Shown: positions 13,190 to 26,766 of the stretch, piece by piece | Numbering within the stretch: position 1 is the stretch's first letter | Layout of the letters: every line of letters begins with the position of its first letter | Source of the DNA: Callorhinchus milii | Taxonomy: Eukaryota | Assembly: GCF_018977255.1 (NCBI RefSeq) | Contig: NW_024704742.1 | Location: forward strand, 16,742,001 to 16,806,000 | Direction of reading: 5' to 3' | DNA length: 64,000 nt | Notes under the pieces: generated by a model | What the model saw: the letters and a program-made list of their open reading frames with translations, nothing else | Told to the model about the DNA's origin: nothing | Database searches by the model: none | Made by a program: the position numbers and the translations under genes

Positions 13190-13789
13190 CATAGCCACTG
13201 AGAAGGATATCAGGGGAAGGGATATGTCTGGGATACATGACTATCAGCCAGTGAATTAATTATCATAAGATTGCTAAATGTAGTGCAAGTGTTAATTAGC
13301 ACCACTGGTGTTAATTACATCACAGCATCACAATTTTTACCTATGTGTGCAAAGTGTTTATCTTTGACAGAATTCCATAACTTCTTCAGTGAAAGAACCA
13401 AAACCAACACTGCCAGGGTACTGTGCTGTCTTTTCCATTTGCAGCTGGCAAAATCTAATCAGAAACACTGTATGGCTCCAAATTAGGTCTCTTGACACTT
13501 ATGACATTTTATTCAAATTTCATGTTTGACAAGTATGAATTGAATGGAGAGCCATACCAAAAATGGATATAATAATAATCGTTATCGCCTTTGATGTTAG
13601 GAGGAAGTCCGAAAGCACTTCACAGGATTTACACTAAAATGCAGTGACCATGTGTTTGTGGGCAAATAGATGGACAACACATGTATTTAGAATTGGCTGA
13701 AGGGAAGGAAGCAAAGGGTTTTCGTAAGGTGAACTAGGTAAAAATCGGGTGAGATATTAAGCTTGGTACCTTGGGGGTCCATAGTATAT

Positions 13790-15330
13790 AGTAATGACCT
13801 GGATTTGCAGACCCAGTGTAAGATAGTTAATTTTGCAAATGACTGTTTCCTGGCAATGTCCTAAATATAGTTCCAATATAGGAAACCACAAGTACTCCAT
13901 GGATGACATTGAACTTGCTAAGGGGAAAACTGAAAGAGATCTATGGGTATTAGTTGACATAGGAACAGGAGTAGGCCGTTCAGCCCATCGAGCCTGTTCC
14001 GCTGTTTAATTCGATCATGGCTGATCTATATCTTTACTACAATTTCAAATCCAATTTCCCGCTTTCTCCCCATATCCCTTAATACCCCGACCTACTGAAA
14101 ATCTGTCAATCTCTTTCTTGAAGGTGTGGATGAATCCAGCATCCACAAACTTTTGGGGGAGAGAGTTCCAGATTTCTACCACTCTTTGAGTGAAAAAATG
14201 CTTCCTAATTTCACTCTTAAATGGTCTGGTTCTAATTGTAAGACTATGCCCCTTTGTTTTGCATTCCCCCAACATAGGAAATAGCTTTTCTGCATCTACC
14301 CTATCAAATCCCTTTATCATCCTAAAAACCTCTATCAAATCACCCCTCAATCTTCTAAACTTGAGGGAATACAATCCAAGTTTACGCAGCCTTTCCTTAT
14401 AACTTAACCCTTTTTGGCCTGGTAACATTCTGATGAACCTGCGCTGCAACCCCTACAAGGCCAATATATCTTTCCTGTGGTGTGGTGCCCAAGACTGAAC
14501 ACAGTACTCCAGGTGGGGTCTGACTAACACGCTATACAGCTGAAGCATCATTTCTTCCCTTTGTCTTCCAGGCCTCTCGAGATAAAGGCCAACATGCCAT
14601 TTGCCTTTTTGATTATGTTTTGCACTTGGAACTAGTTTTTAGTGATTTGTGGATATAGACACTCAAATTGTTTTGCTCTTCCACAGCTCTTAATTTCTCC
14701 CTATTAAGAAAGTATTTTCCTATCTTTTTTCAGTCTATAGTGGATGAACTTGGAATTCCCTACATTGAGCTCCATCTGACATGACACGTTGCTCACTGTG
14801 TCAAAACAGTGTGAGGCAGCAATTAACAAGGCAAACAGGATACTATATTGTTAAATCAGTTAAGTTTAGATTCCCAGGCATCATACTCAGGCTATACAGT
14901 GCTCTGGTCAGGTTGTATCTTGAGTACTGCATACAGTTGTGGGTACCACTATATAAGAGGCTGTTCAGGCTCTCGAGGCTCTTGCAGCCAGTCCCCAGTG
15001 TTAGAGCAATAGCTATGAACATGTCTAGACAAGCTAGGGCTTTTCAGTTTTGAGGGCAGATTACTTAGGGGAGACCTCATAAAGATATATAATATTTTAA
15101 ATGTGATTGAAAAAATACTTTAGGATGCATCAAAACAAAGAAACAAGAGGAAGCCAGGTTTAGTGTTGTATAGAGCAAATTCAGGACAGAAGATAAAACG
15201 ATCTTCTTTACCAAATACGTAATTAACTGGAAAAGTTTGCTAAGACGGGTAGTTGAATCCACGCCACTGAACATAATTAGCAGTGCAGTAGATGTTCTGT
15301 TTGAGATCAGAGGATATACAGTGATACAGA
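13790..15330 (+). mobile_element. Old CR1 ORF2 fragment interrupted by a younger CR1
   Basis: ERDL.VLVD-like coding ends at 13959 and resumes at 14787 (KQCEAAINKANR..LYSALVR.YLEYCIQLW). Confidence 0.8.
13960..14781 (-). mobile_element. Younger CR1 3' fragment
   Basis: ORF 14045-14449 encodes QRRFIRMLPG..LGLYSLKFRRLRGDLIEVF..FFTQRVVEIWNSLP; flanked by the 5-bp direct repeat tgaca (13955-13959 and 14782-14786). Confidence 0.92.
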
Positions 15331-17149
15331 ATGCAAGTAACTGAAAAAAGATTAAGACTGAAGACGGTGGTAAAATAAAATTAAATGTTTTTCTAAGATA
15401 TTAATACTAGACAAATCACACTTGGTTTATCGAAATTAGATTGGAGCACACTGCTATTCTATCTCAGACTAGTAAATTACATCACTATCCATGGATGTAG
15501 TTTTCCAATGTCACACATGGAAATTTATAAATTGTCACTTGGAAAAACATAAGGATAGCAAGACCGAGCGGGAATTTAGAAAAAAACAACTTTGTGTTTT
15601 CTTTCTTTTTCCATTACCTTTTTAATTTATACATCATGTGTATTACATTTTGTTCTTTCAATTTTCTTTTCGCATCATTTATTAAGTGATTTTTATTCTT
15701 ACTTTGCCTATTTGCCTATTTTTGGTACTTTTTAAAATTATTATATTTCAGATTGTTTTCCATCTCCCTCCATTATAGTATTTTGACGATGTGGATCATT
15801 GTCCCTGAGAGTTAAAGTTAGAGGGTCAATCTCATCAATTAGGTGTTGCTGTGCTCTTTGGTGTGACTGATAACCCAACGGTAATCAGTAATGTGTCATC
15901 TGGAAGAAGCCATTTAAGTATGTAGATAGAGGTTTTGCTAATTCTTCCTTGGATTTCCCTATTTACAACATCCTTCAGAACAATGTATTACATAACTGAG
16001 TGTCTTCCTAATTTTACGTAATTCATCAATATTTTTGTCCTTTTTCTCTTATTGGATGTTTATTGTCCATGATTGTCCATGATTCTACATGTCAGCCAAA
16101 ACATGTGGGAAAAAGTTGAAGTGTTTTGGAAGTCAAACCATGCTCTCTCAATTGACTGTGAAGCGCTGTAGTGAGAATTTCAAGTAATCTTGCTGTGCTA
16201 GATTGTCAGGGCAAATAAACCTAGTAACCTCGCAGCCAACTGAGAGCAAAGGTAGAAGGAAAATGTTGAATGTAATTTTGTGAGGAGACCAAAGGTCACA
16301 CGACAGAGGAAATCTACAAATAAGTTCTGTATCACACGTAGCCTTTGCAAGCGGTATTTATTTTACCAGTGTGTACGAAGCATGGTCCCAAGAGCTTCAA
16401 TATTTTTTCTTGCACTTTTCTTCTTGAACAGTTCCTGTTAGGGAAATTCGGAAGGATTATAATCAACTTGGACCTAGGGAGGATTCATAGCAAAATATTT
16501 GGGCAAAAAGTTGTAAATGTGTGCACTCACCTGATAGCATCATATGTTTCACACACACCAATGTTCAAAACAGGTCACCTACTTTGCATGAACATTAAGT
16601 AGTGAAGCCTAGTGATTGCAAGTGTTTGCTGATTTGCAAACAGCAGCTGAACATGATAATCCTCAACTGATTTTGGTCAATGATCCATCAAGATCAAAAA
16701 CAAAAGTGGTAAAGCAAAATTAATACTGTAATAATCAAGTGAAGCAACATCTGGTAAAGCAAAATCTGATTTATCAAGTTCTGTCACAAAAGCTACAATA
16801 GAAAGAACCTTCACGAAGGAGGTGGCTTCATTAGTTTTTCTTACTCTAATAATAATCCCTGCAATTGATACAGAATGTTTTCAAAACGTCGAAATAGCTC
16901 AAAGAGCTTCACAGGCCTTTTTGTATAGTGTAGTGCCTGTGTATTTGTAGGAAGTGATGCCAGCAGTGCTTCCTGTGCACTATTTACAGGAAGTAATGTC
17001 TGTGGCAACCTGGTATTCCGGAAATCATTCATTTGTTTGCACTTTGTTTATAACACATTTGCTGCAATATTGAATCCAGCTGACCATGTGATAATATAGT
17101 TGCCCTGAAGGAACTAGCGTCAACTAAGTGTAAAAATGGCATCCCTTCA

Positions 17150-17317
17150 CCTTGCCCCCTCTTTATCCTGTCTTTAAACTCTACCTTAAAATCTATTCTT
17201 CAAACCTGCCTCTGGTTACCTTCCGCTCCCTCTTCTTTGCTCAGCAACCTGATCTCGCCACCAGAAAGCGTTAAGATGTTACTCTGCATGAAAAGCGCTA
17301 TATAAATACAAGTTGTT
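17150..17317 (+). mobile_element. Degraded L2 3' end
   Basis: tctttaaactctaccttaaaatctattcttc...gaaaagcgctatataaatacaagttgtt. Confidence 0.6.
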
Positions 17318-17672
17318 TCTGTTTGCATATTTTGGTTTTGCTAATTTGGAGATTGATTCAATAGTGTAATACAGCAGTCAAGGAACCACTGTTAAACTAA
17401 GTTGATTTTATATTTGTGCCATTTATTTGCATTTTCTGTTGTTTTCCTCCACATAGTAAATTATATTCTCTCCCTCTTTACATTACCAAAAGTCACAACA
17501 CTTATGGTTCTCTGCCAGAGAGGGAGGGAAGGCCATTCGTGGAGCATTGGAACAAGACAGGTGGAGCTGCCTTCAATTATTTTTCTGTTGATTACATTAG
17601 ATCATAGCGGTTTTCATTCATGTTCCTGTCCATTTATAAACTGAATAAACTTAAAAAAGAATAACACTGAGT

Positions 17673-17981
17673 ATGGGGCTTCTGTAGCTCAGAGGTTAGA
17701 GCACTCGTCTCTCAAGCGAGAGACCTGGTTCGATTCCCGTCAGGGTGAAACCTTGGGCAAGTTTCCTTACTCCACATGCCTAATAATAATCCCTCAAGAA
17801 AAAAAACAACAATAAATTGGTCACTGCAATCCACGACTGTTTGTGGGACACTGCTGTGCGCAATTGGCTGCCGTGTTTCGCCCACAAATATACAGTCAAT
17901 TCATTTTACAATATATTCTGTGAAGCGCTTTGAGATCTCTAAAAGAGAAACGTGAAAAGTGCTATATCAAATGCAAGAATA
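17673..17981 (+). mobile_element. tRNA-derived SINE, short form, older subfamily
   Basis: A and B boxes, ccttgggcaagtttccttactcc segment, and shared body and tail. Confidence 0.88.
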
Positions 17982-19039
17982 TGGACCGACAGATTCCCTT
18001 GTAATGTCAGTATCTGACAGTCCATTTTCATGAATGGTTTTAATAATAATACAGTGCAGCCTTGTTATGACGTACTTCTTTATAGCATGCATTGTTGTAC
18101 CATGGACCCCATTCATACTGGTTGCACACATTTGTGTGATTGTCAGGGCTGTTATGCATGGCAATGAGGTGTAAACTGTGGCAGTTTTAGCGGTCACACC
18201 AATTCACAAAGACTCATCTGATGCAAACTACTGTGGAAACACTGGATCCCCTTGAGTTGAATGTGTGAGTAAAGTTGAGTGTGTGAGTAAAGTGTCTGTT
18301 TAGATTCTGGTAAATCCTATGTGAAAGTTTTAGATGCTAATATCACTGTGCAATTTGGAACAAATCCTGATACAAGAGCAACAAGACAACTTGCATTTCT
18401 GCAGTGCTCATCACGCAGGAATGTGTCTTTGAGCGCTGCACAGATTCAGAGTGAGGAGGGGGAGGTGACCATGGGGGTGGTTGAAGAAGTAAGTCTTCAA
18501 GCTGCAAATGGTTTGGAGAGAAGGGTGAGTTACGCAACACAATGGGAGCAAGCTTTCAAATAGATGGCACACAAGTTTGCCTACAAAAATAAACAGTCAC
18601 TACACCTTACACCTTACTGTGAAGCACTATGAGACATCCTGCAGATGTGAATGGCCCTACATTAAATGCAAGGATTATTGTAAACTAAAAACAACACTGA
18701 CTTCTTGCTGTCTGGTTTGCAATAATGTGCATTGAGAATGAATTTCTGAACCACCAGGGTTGCTGATATACAGTATAACTGGAATATTAGTGACACAACA
18801 TCCAATTATTCAATTGTTTAGTCTTGTAAATAGAAGCCTTCAAAATCTGACAGCTGCATACACTAGGGAGAAAGGAATAGAGGCCTAAGGGAAAGGGGAT
18901 TAGGATGAGTGGAGGCTCTTGTCAAGTATAAATACCAGCACAGACTAGTTGAACCGAATGGTCTGTTTCAGTGCTCCACAATCTTTTTATTGTAATTCCA
19001 TGTAAATTAATGATTTACAATGTCCACCTTTAGGTACTT

Positions 19040-19898
19040 AATAATAATAATAGTAATAATCCTTGCATTTGGTAGAGTCTTCGAGACGTCTCAAAGTGGT
19101 TCACAGAATATTTAACAACAATAACAACAAATTAAATTTGTTTAGCGCCTTTCAGGTCAGGAGGACATCCCAAGGCATTGGACAGTCAGGGATCTGCACC
19201 CTAGCTGGTGGTTGAGATCAGGACGGGTGAAGGGCAGAGAACGAAGGAGGGTGATCGAAGCCACAGTCAAAGAGAAGGATCTTGTGACGGGTCTTGAAGG
19301 AGGCAAGGGAAGGGGCAAGGCGGAGAGTCTGTAGGATGGAGTTCCAGAGGGTTGCGGCAGAGAGGCTGAAGGCTCGGCAGCCAATGATGGGGGACATGAA
19401 GCAGGACAGAACCTAACCCCCTACCAACTTGTCAGTTCCTGATCGGAAGGAACTGACAGGTTGGTAGAGGGTTAGGAGGTCACAGAGGTAGAGAGGAGCA
19501 AGGCCATGAGGTGAGGACGAGGATCTTGAACTGTATCCTCTTGAGTTATGGGGAGCCAGTGGAGTCATGTGAGGATGGGGGTGATAGGGTCTTGGTCACT
19601 TTATGCGGTAAAGTGAATTGCCTGTACATTTTTGTGGACGAAACACAGCAGCCAATTGCACACAGCAGTGTCCCACAAACAGTCGTGGATTGAGTGCCCA
19701 AATTATTATTTTTTTAAGGGATTATTTACCCCAGAAAAGCGATCCATCAATCGACTAACAGCCAGGTTCCTACTTACTGCTAGTAAACAGAGGCGAGTGG
19801 AATAGGACAACTTGCCCAATGTTTCACCCTGCCAGGAATCAAACCCAGGTCCTTTCCTTGTGAGGCGAGTACCCTAACCACAAAGCTACAGGATTCCA
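19040..19898 (-). mobile_element. tRNA-derived SINE (long form) split by an L2 insertion
   Basis: Tail at 19040-19112; body and head at about 19599-19898, including the ccaggttcctacttactgctagtaaacagaggc segment. Confidence 0.82.
19114..19598 (-). mobile_element. L2 LINE 3' fragment nested in a SINE
   Basis: (CAA)n tail, stem-loop and L2 C-terminal coding remnants (gaggatcttgaac = FKIL). Confidence 0.88.
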
Positions 19899-20150
19899 TG
19901 ATTTTGATCAGTATTGAATATTGCACAACAAATTGAAATGAAATGTTTGTGAGCAAAATAGACAGTAGCCTTCCAAACAACTCACCGTCTCTTAGAAGTG
20001 TCTATTGCTGTAATGTAATATCTGTTGAAGAAGTCATCCAAGGACAACCAAACCTAATCTGTATGAATATAAGCAATACATGAGGAATTCTGCTGCTGTA
20101 GATTGAAGTTAAATGAATGCATTCATGAAAATAAATGAATCAATGAACAG

Positions 20151-21002
20151 TTGAATGTGAACAAGACTGAGGCCCTCCTGATTGGCTCGTGCCAGCGTCT
20201 CAGCACCTCAGGCTCTGGCAGCATCAACCTCCATGGTTGCACACTTCAACTCACCAAGCCAGTCAGGAACCTAGGTGTCTTGTTCGACCCTCAGCTGTCT
20301 TTTCTCCCCCACATTCAAGCCATGACCCGCTCTGCCTTCCCTCACCTCCCTAACATCGCCCGACTCCGCCACTACCTCACCCCTCAGGCCGCTAAAACTC
20401 TTGTTCATGCCTTCATCACCTCCAGATTCGACTACGCTAATACCCTGCTTTTCGGCCTTCCCAACTCTTCCCTACACAGGCTGCAAATACTCCAGAACTC
20501 TTCAGCCCGTGTTCTCTCCCGCACCAAACTCTGCATCCCCATCTCCCCCATTCTCGCCCGACCCATTGGCTCCCTATCCTTCAGAGGATCCAGTTCAAGA
20601 TCCTGGTCCTCATCTACAAAACCCTCCATGGCTTCACCACACCCTACCTCTGCGACCTCCTAACCCCCTACCAACTCGCCCTCTCCCTCCGCTCAGCCAG
20701 TTCCTGCCTGCTCCAAGTCCACCAACCCATCCACCCCACCATTGGCAGGAGAGCCTTCAGCCACTCTGCCTCCAACCTCTGGAATTCCATTCCCCAATCC
20801 CTCCGCCTCACCCCCTCCTTAGCCTCCTTCAAGTCTTGCCTCAAAACCCTCCTCTTCGACCGTGCCATTGGTCACCCCCCTCCCTGCCCTCCCTGCCCTC
20901 CCTAACCCCAGCTCGGGTCTGAAAGGCTGTACACTGTCCAGTGCCTTGGGACGTCCTCCCGACGTGAAAGGCGCTATACAAATGTAATCTTGTTGTTGTT
21001 GA
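20151..21002 (+). mobile_element. L2 LINE 3' fragment (family A, ~850 bp)
   Basis: Encodes LNVNKTEALLIG..VRNLGVLFDPQLSF..LVHAFITSRFDYAN..LQILQNSSARVL; has the 3' stem-loop and (TTG)n tail; frameshifted. Confidence 0.95.
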
Positions 21003-21096
21003 TAACATCCATCCTTAATATGCAGGTAAGAGTTTTTAATAAAGTAACAAGCCAAGAGTAAGTTGTGTGACAAATGTCACAAAAAAGTTGCGGAAG

Positions 21097-21288
21097 CTGT
21101 CAGCTTGGCTCATTTGAATAGTATTCTTCTAAATTGGAAAGTTGTGGGTTCAAGCTCAAAATCCAATTGCACCTTCAATTGGACATTCAAAAATCCCATG
21201 GCACTACTCAGAAAGAGAAGGGAGTTTTTTTACCAGGTTATCCTGGCTAACAATCTGCCAGATAAAATTGGTCATTCACTTCAGGCTA
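21097..21288 (+). mobile_element. Old Deu-domain SINE fragment
   Basis: cagcttggctca..gttgtgggttcaagc head and atcccatggcacta..gggagtt..tcctggctaacaat Deu segment; directly followed by a tRNA-Ala SINE. Confidence 0.65.
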
Positions 21289-21292
21289 TGCA

Positions 21293-21603
21293 GGAGTCCT
21301 GTAGCTCAGTGGTTGGAGCACTCATCTCGCAAGCAAGAGACCAGGGTTCGATTCCAACAGTGTGAAACCTTGGGCAAGTTTCCTTACTCCTCATGCCTGG
21401 TAATAATCCCTCAAGAAAGAAAAACAATAATACTTTGGTCACTCAATCCACAACTGTTTGTGAGACCTGCTCTGCGCAATTGGCTGCTGCGTGTCTCCCA
21501 CAATATCTACAGTCAATTCACTTTATACTATATTCTGTTAAGCGCTTTGAGACGTCTCAACGATGTGATAAGGCATTATATGAAATGCAAGGATTTATTA
21601 ATA
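21293..21603 (+). mobile_element. tRNA-derived SINE, short form
   Basis: ggagtcctgtagctcagtgg A box, ggttcgattcc B box, older-type tail gagacgtctcaacgatgtgataagg. Confidence 0.88.
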
Positions 21604-22305
21604 TTAGAGGAATCTCCTTGAAGTGCTGTTTGACCTTGTTATGTGCTATATCAAAAAGGAAAGAATTATTAATAAGATACTTCAATGTTCTCATTGTTTA
21701 CATCGTGTGCAAAACTGGAACAAATCTTATAAAGGGAGCAAAGGTAGTTTGGATAGAGTTCTTCTGTCAGTAAAACTTCACTGTAAGAGGGGTCTCCTTG
21801 GAACTGAACTGGCTCCAAGGTGTCATGTTTGGCAATGGCTCATTGGCAGGACTTGGGAGGGTAGACCAGTCACTAGGGGCAGGGTATCATCCCACTCATC
21901 TTGTCTTAATCCTGCAAGCAAAAGCCCTAATGGATAGGGTAGTCCTAGCTGGACAAGCAACAGGAAAGCTTGCCAGACCGTGATATCAATGGCAACCTAT
22001 GCAATTTTAGCTCCAGCAGTAGCCCCCACACACGCCCAACAAAATAAAACTTTATTGCACAAAATTGGAAAATTTAAAAAATTTAAAAATTGTACATTTA
22101 TTTTGGAAAACAAAGGTTCCAAAATTCATGCATGCAAGACATAACTGCATCATACATCAAACACCAATAATACTAATGCTGGTTCATGCTGCATATATCC
22201 TTGCCATTCACAACAATTTTGGACCCAAACATGTAGTATTTATGAAGGCTTACACAGCAGCAACAATAACAACTCGCATTCATATAGTGCTCCTCATGCA
22301 AAGTA

Positions 22306-22470
22306 CATAAGAACATAAGAATTAGGAGCAGGAGTAGGCCATTCGGCCCCTCGAGCCTGCACCGCCATTCGATAAGATCATGGCTGATCTTCTGACCTAA
22401 CTCTAATTACCTGCCCTATCCCCATATCCCCTAATCCCTCTTTTTTAAAAATCTATCAGTCTCAGCCTTG
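22306..22470 (-). mobile_element. CR1 3' end inserted into an L2-type tail
   Basis: cataagaacataagaattaggagcaggagtaggccattcggccc; 5-bp direct repeat aagta at 22301-22305 and 22471-22475. Confidence 0.85.
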
Positions 22471-22549
22471 AAGTAGCGTCCTAGAGCGCTTTCAGAGCCC
22501 AAGTCTTGATACCAACTGTTTCAGTAGTAATGCAAATCTCACCTGTACA

Positions 22550-23243
22550 GTGTCAACCTCGGCAACCTAGGCGTCAGGTTCGACCCCCAATTATCCTTCC
22601 TCTCCCACATCCGGTCCCTCACCAGCACCGCCTTCTTCCACCTCCGACGCATCGCCCGTCTCTGGCAATACCTCTCTCCGAAAGCCGCTGAAACCCTGGT
22701 CCATACCTTTGTCACCTCTCGGCTGGACTATTCTAATGTCCTCCTCGCCGGTCTCCCATTTTATCCATAAAATCCAGATCATTCAAAACTCTGCCGCTCG
22801 CATTCTCACCCGCACGAAACTCCACTCCCTGATCACCCCAGTCCGTGCCAGACTGCACTGGCTGCCTGTCCCAGAGAGGATCGACTTCAAGATCCTCACC
22901 TTTGTATTCAAATCCCTCCACTCCTCTGCACCACCCCCTACCTCTCTGACCTCCTCTCTCCTCAAAATAGTACCCGTTGCCTTAGATCTTCCGAGGCTGG
23001 CCTCCTCCTCATCCTCTGAGTCCTCCGCTCCAGCCATGGTGGCCGTGCTTTCAGCCACTATGCCCCAAGGCTCTGGAATTCCCTTCCTCGCCCCCTCTCT
23101 TCCTATTTTCAGGTCCCTGCTGAAGACCTTTCTTTTCGACCGCACCTTTGGTCACCTTCCTCCCCCTCCCCCTGGCTCGACTGTGAAGCGCTCTGAGACG
23201 CCGTCCAGCATGGAGGGCGCTATAAAAATCTAAGTTGTTGTTA
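22550..23243 (+). mobile_element. L2 LINE 3' fragment (family B)
   Basis: Encodes IQIIQNSAARILTRTK..ITPV..LHWLPVPERIDFKIL; tail agcgctctgagacgccgtccagcatggagggcgct plus (TTG)n. Confidence 0.93.
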
Positions 23244-23399
23244 TCAAGATATCACAAGAAAGAAATTCTACCTGGGCCTAGATTAATTCTTATTTATGTA
23301 ATATTTTAGAGGGTCTGGAATTTGGCGAATTAATGAATACAGTCTTACTTTTGAAGACAGTTTTCTGTGGTTCTTCAATACAATACAATACAGTTTACA

Positions 23400-23800
23400 T
23401 TGATAAGCTAGCTGTCTTTCACACTGGGAAGACGTTTCAAAGCGCTGAACAATGCTGTTTGGATACCCAAGGTGAGTGTGGGAGTCGAGAGGGTGGGAGG
23501 TGACCAAAAAGTGTGGTCAAAGAGATACATTTCAGAAGGGAAGGAGCGAGTCTAAGGGATAGAGTTCCAGAGTGGGGACTGAATGATTCATAGTCTGCCC
23601 ACCAATGGGGTGGGTCGGATAAGGGGGGAGGGAGAACATGAAACAGGCCAGTGTTGGCTGAGTGAAGACAGTACCTGGACTGGTGCGGTTGTAGGAAGTT
23701 GCAAAGGTAAGGGAATGCGAGACCATGGATCCATTTAAATATAAGAATGAGAATCTTAAACTTGGCCCGCTTTCTTGACGAGCCATTGGGGCCGAGCGAG
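23400..23800 (-). mobile_element. Degraded L2 3' fragment
   Basis: caaagcgctgaaca tail, gagttccagagtgggg (LWNS) and gagaatcttaaac..gagccattgg (HWL/FKIL) remnants. Confidence 0.7.
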
Positions 23801-26340
23801 GATATTGGTGATATTCTCGAGGAAAAACCATGTTCAAATTAAAGCTTATTAAAAATTTGGCCAAACTCTGGATACTCTAAAATGCTACATAAATAGAATA
23901 AATCTGATGGAATTTCTTCCTACCCATGTGAATCAAACAAGCCTCATTCATTGAACTATTTATAGCTCTTGAGCCCTGCATTGGACAACCAGGGAAGTGC
24001 AAACAGGGTATTTTTAATGTTACAAAGGACCAAGACACAGAAATGTAGAATGGGAAGTATAAACCCAGCTACTCGATACACATTACTGTAATTACCATGA
24101 ACAAAGCAGCTCTCTCTCGGCAGCATATTGTTAGCACAATACGGTGCCTTGAATTATTAGATGTTGATTGTGAGCCTACCTCAAAATTTCAGTAATTAAC
24201 CTAATATGTTCTGTGGCACTTGGCACAAGATTAGGATGATTTTCTATCCTTTCAAAACAGTGATGCCACAAATAATGCAAATGTTCTTAAAAATAGGTTT
24301 ACATTACTTGCGGTTCTATAAAACCTTATAATGTGTCAAAAGATCAAGAACAGATTTTGTATTTTTTTACATTTTGTATTAGTTTAAAACCAGTAGAATA
24401 GTGCATTGGTTACATGGCTATCATCTCTGTTTCTAGGACAAAAATATGTTCTTGTGTACTCCAGGGAGTCAATTAGACAGTAGTAACTTTTAGACTGTAA
24501 ATGCAATGAAATATTTATATAGTTTTCATTTCTGAGCTACAGCTTGTTATGACTGCAATGAAAATGTCACCAGCTAATAGAAGGTACACTTTGTACAAAA
24601 TACATTAAATGTTATAATATATATAATAGTTTAAAAAACAAAGTTGTATTTAATGGGAATTCTATATAATAGAGCAGATATAATAGAGTATTGCTTGTAT
24701 TTACCACAAATTTGGATAATTGTACATACAATTCTGGTGTTTTTTCTGAACTCTGCAAGTGTGGCATCCCATTATTGTTGAGTTCAAGTTTCACCTGCAG
24801 AGCTTACAGTAACAAATTAATGGCTGTGTCTTGCCATCGCCACAGCTTTCCTACAGTTTCAGTGGAACCTATGGTGCATGTTGCTCCTTTAGGCAGAATG
24901 AAAGAAAAGTGGGGTAATTAGTTGAATAAGCTGTGTACTGTCCAAAATGCAACATTTTGGTGCAATAGCAGAAGTCCTTTTTATTTCCATTTCTCATTAC
25001 ATTTCTTTGGTTTGAACAGTGCCAATAGGAGCAGACTACACAGTACAAACATTTGAAACTGCTCATTGAGCATCATTTTTTTAAAAGTTAAAATTGTTTG
25101 CTTTTGTTTCATAACACAAAGGAATTGAGGTGTATTTGTGTAGGCGTTTCTTCCCCCATGCTCTTGCAGAATAATTGTGTGCCAGCCATGACTTTACATT
25201 AATTAAAAGGTGTAAATTAAACTATTCAGATGTCCAAACCTTCAAAACAGAATCTATCATGATCAAAAGTTGTTGCTGCTGTGATCAAACATCTTTAAGG
25301 CTTATTATAATATTAATGTTTGCATTTGATATAGCGTTTTCCATTTTGGGAGAACATCTTAGAGTGCTTTGCAGTCTTTTCCCGTGAAGCTTAGTGACTG
25401 TGTATTTTGTAGGCAAAATCTAAGTTAGATTCAGGAATAAGATATGTCAAAGAAATCTTGCAGGGAAATTGGATGAATCGGCTAGATGAACTAATGGTTA
25501 GCTTAATTCTGAAAAAAAATCTATTTTATAGCTTGAGACTGAATAATTTGCAAAAAGAAAACTGCAATGAGTTGCTGGCATATAATTGGAGAATAAATTC
25601 AGTTTTTCAAATTCTCCTTTGACCCTTGTACATTTCCAGATTTTGCTCTTTGCTCTGTCTTCTGTCATTGTTTCCTCTCCCACTTCACTTGTCTAGAAAT
25701 AGCCTTGGATATAAATTACCAACTATGTTTTAAGTAAGAGAGATACCACAACTCAATGCCCACGCAAGACAATGAGGCATTAATCACTTTTATTGAATCA
25801 GCTCAAATGCTTAAACTGGTAAACCCTGGGATCTAAACGACTTATATTTGAATCATACAAAATACAAAAATTATCCAACTCATTTTTGTTATTTAATCTT
25901 GGCAGTAAAAGTATCTATCAGGGCAAAATGTACTGAGAAGATGTATTCAAATAAAATGATAAAAACCTTTCGCTAGCAGTTCATGAAGTTACTATGTTTT
26001 TCATTGGCTGATTTAACAACAATTCGTTTTTGTTATCTCATTAAGCATGTACAACGCACACACAAAACTCATAAAAATAGATTGTTTTGTGATTCTTCGA
26101 TTGTCACTTAGTATAACGACTTTGGCGGACAAACGCAGCTACTATTTCTGCTGTTTGCTAAATTTACTGATGAATGGGGAATGAGATGTCTGTGTGTCTG
26201 CTTACCAAGGTCAACAAATTTACCATTAACCGAAGAAATTGTCCCCTTATTTTAAAAACAAGGCAGTATTAATAAGCAGTGCAAATTGTTGACTGGAGAC
26301 AAAATGCTACTGAACTGTGATGCTTGGAGTCACTCTTACT

Positions 26341-26766
26341 ACAACAATAACAACAACAAGATTACATTTGTGTAGCGCCTTTCACGTCAGGAGGACGTCC
26401 CAAGGCACTCAACAGTGTACAGCATTTCAGACCCGAACTGGGGTCAGGGGGAGAGAAGGGTGGGGAGTGGAAGGGGGGGTGGCCGATGGTATGGTTGAAG
26501 AGGAGGGTCTTGAGGCGGTACTTGAAGGAGGCTAAGGAGGGGGCAAGGTGGAGTGACTGGGGATGGAATTCCAGAGGTTGGGGGCAGAGTGGCTGAAGGC
26601 TCTCCCACCAATGGGGCGAGTGGGTCGGGGGACATGGAGCAGGCCGGTGCCGGATGAGCGGTGGGAACAGGCGGATTCGTAGGGGATTAGGAGGTCGCAG
26701 AGGTAGGGTGGGGCGAGGCCATGGAGGGCTTGGTATGTGAGGACCAGGATCTTGAACTAGATCCTA
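26341..26766 (-). mobile_element. L2 LINE 3' fragment (family A)
   Basis: Reverse complement closely matches 20590-21002. Confidence 0.92.

Noticed and set aside
21790..22010. GC-richer unclassified stretches (also 9000-9450 and 52500-52630)
   Set aside because: Probably old repeat fragments, but I could not assign a family or boundaries from sequence alone.
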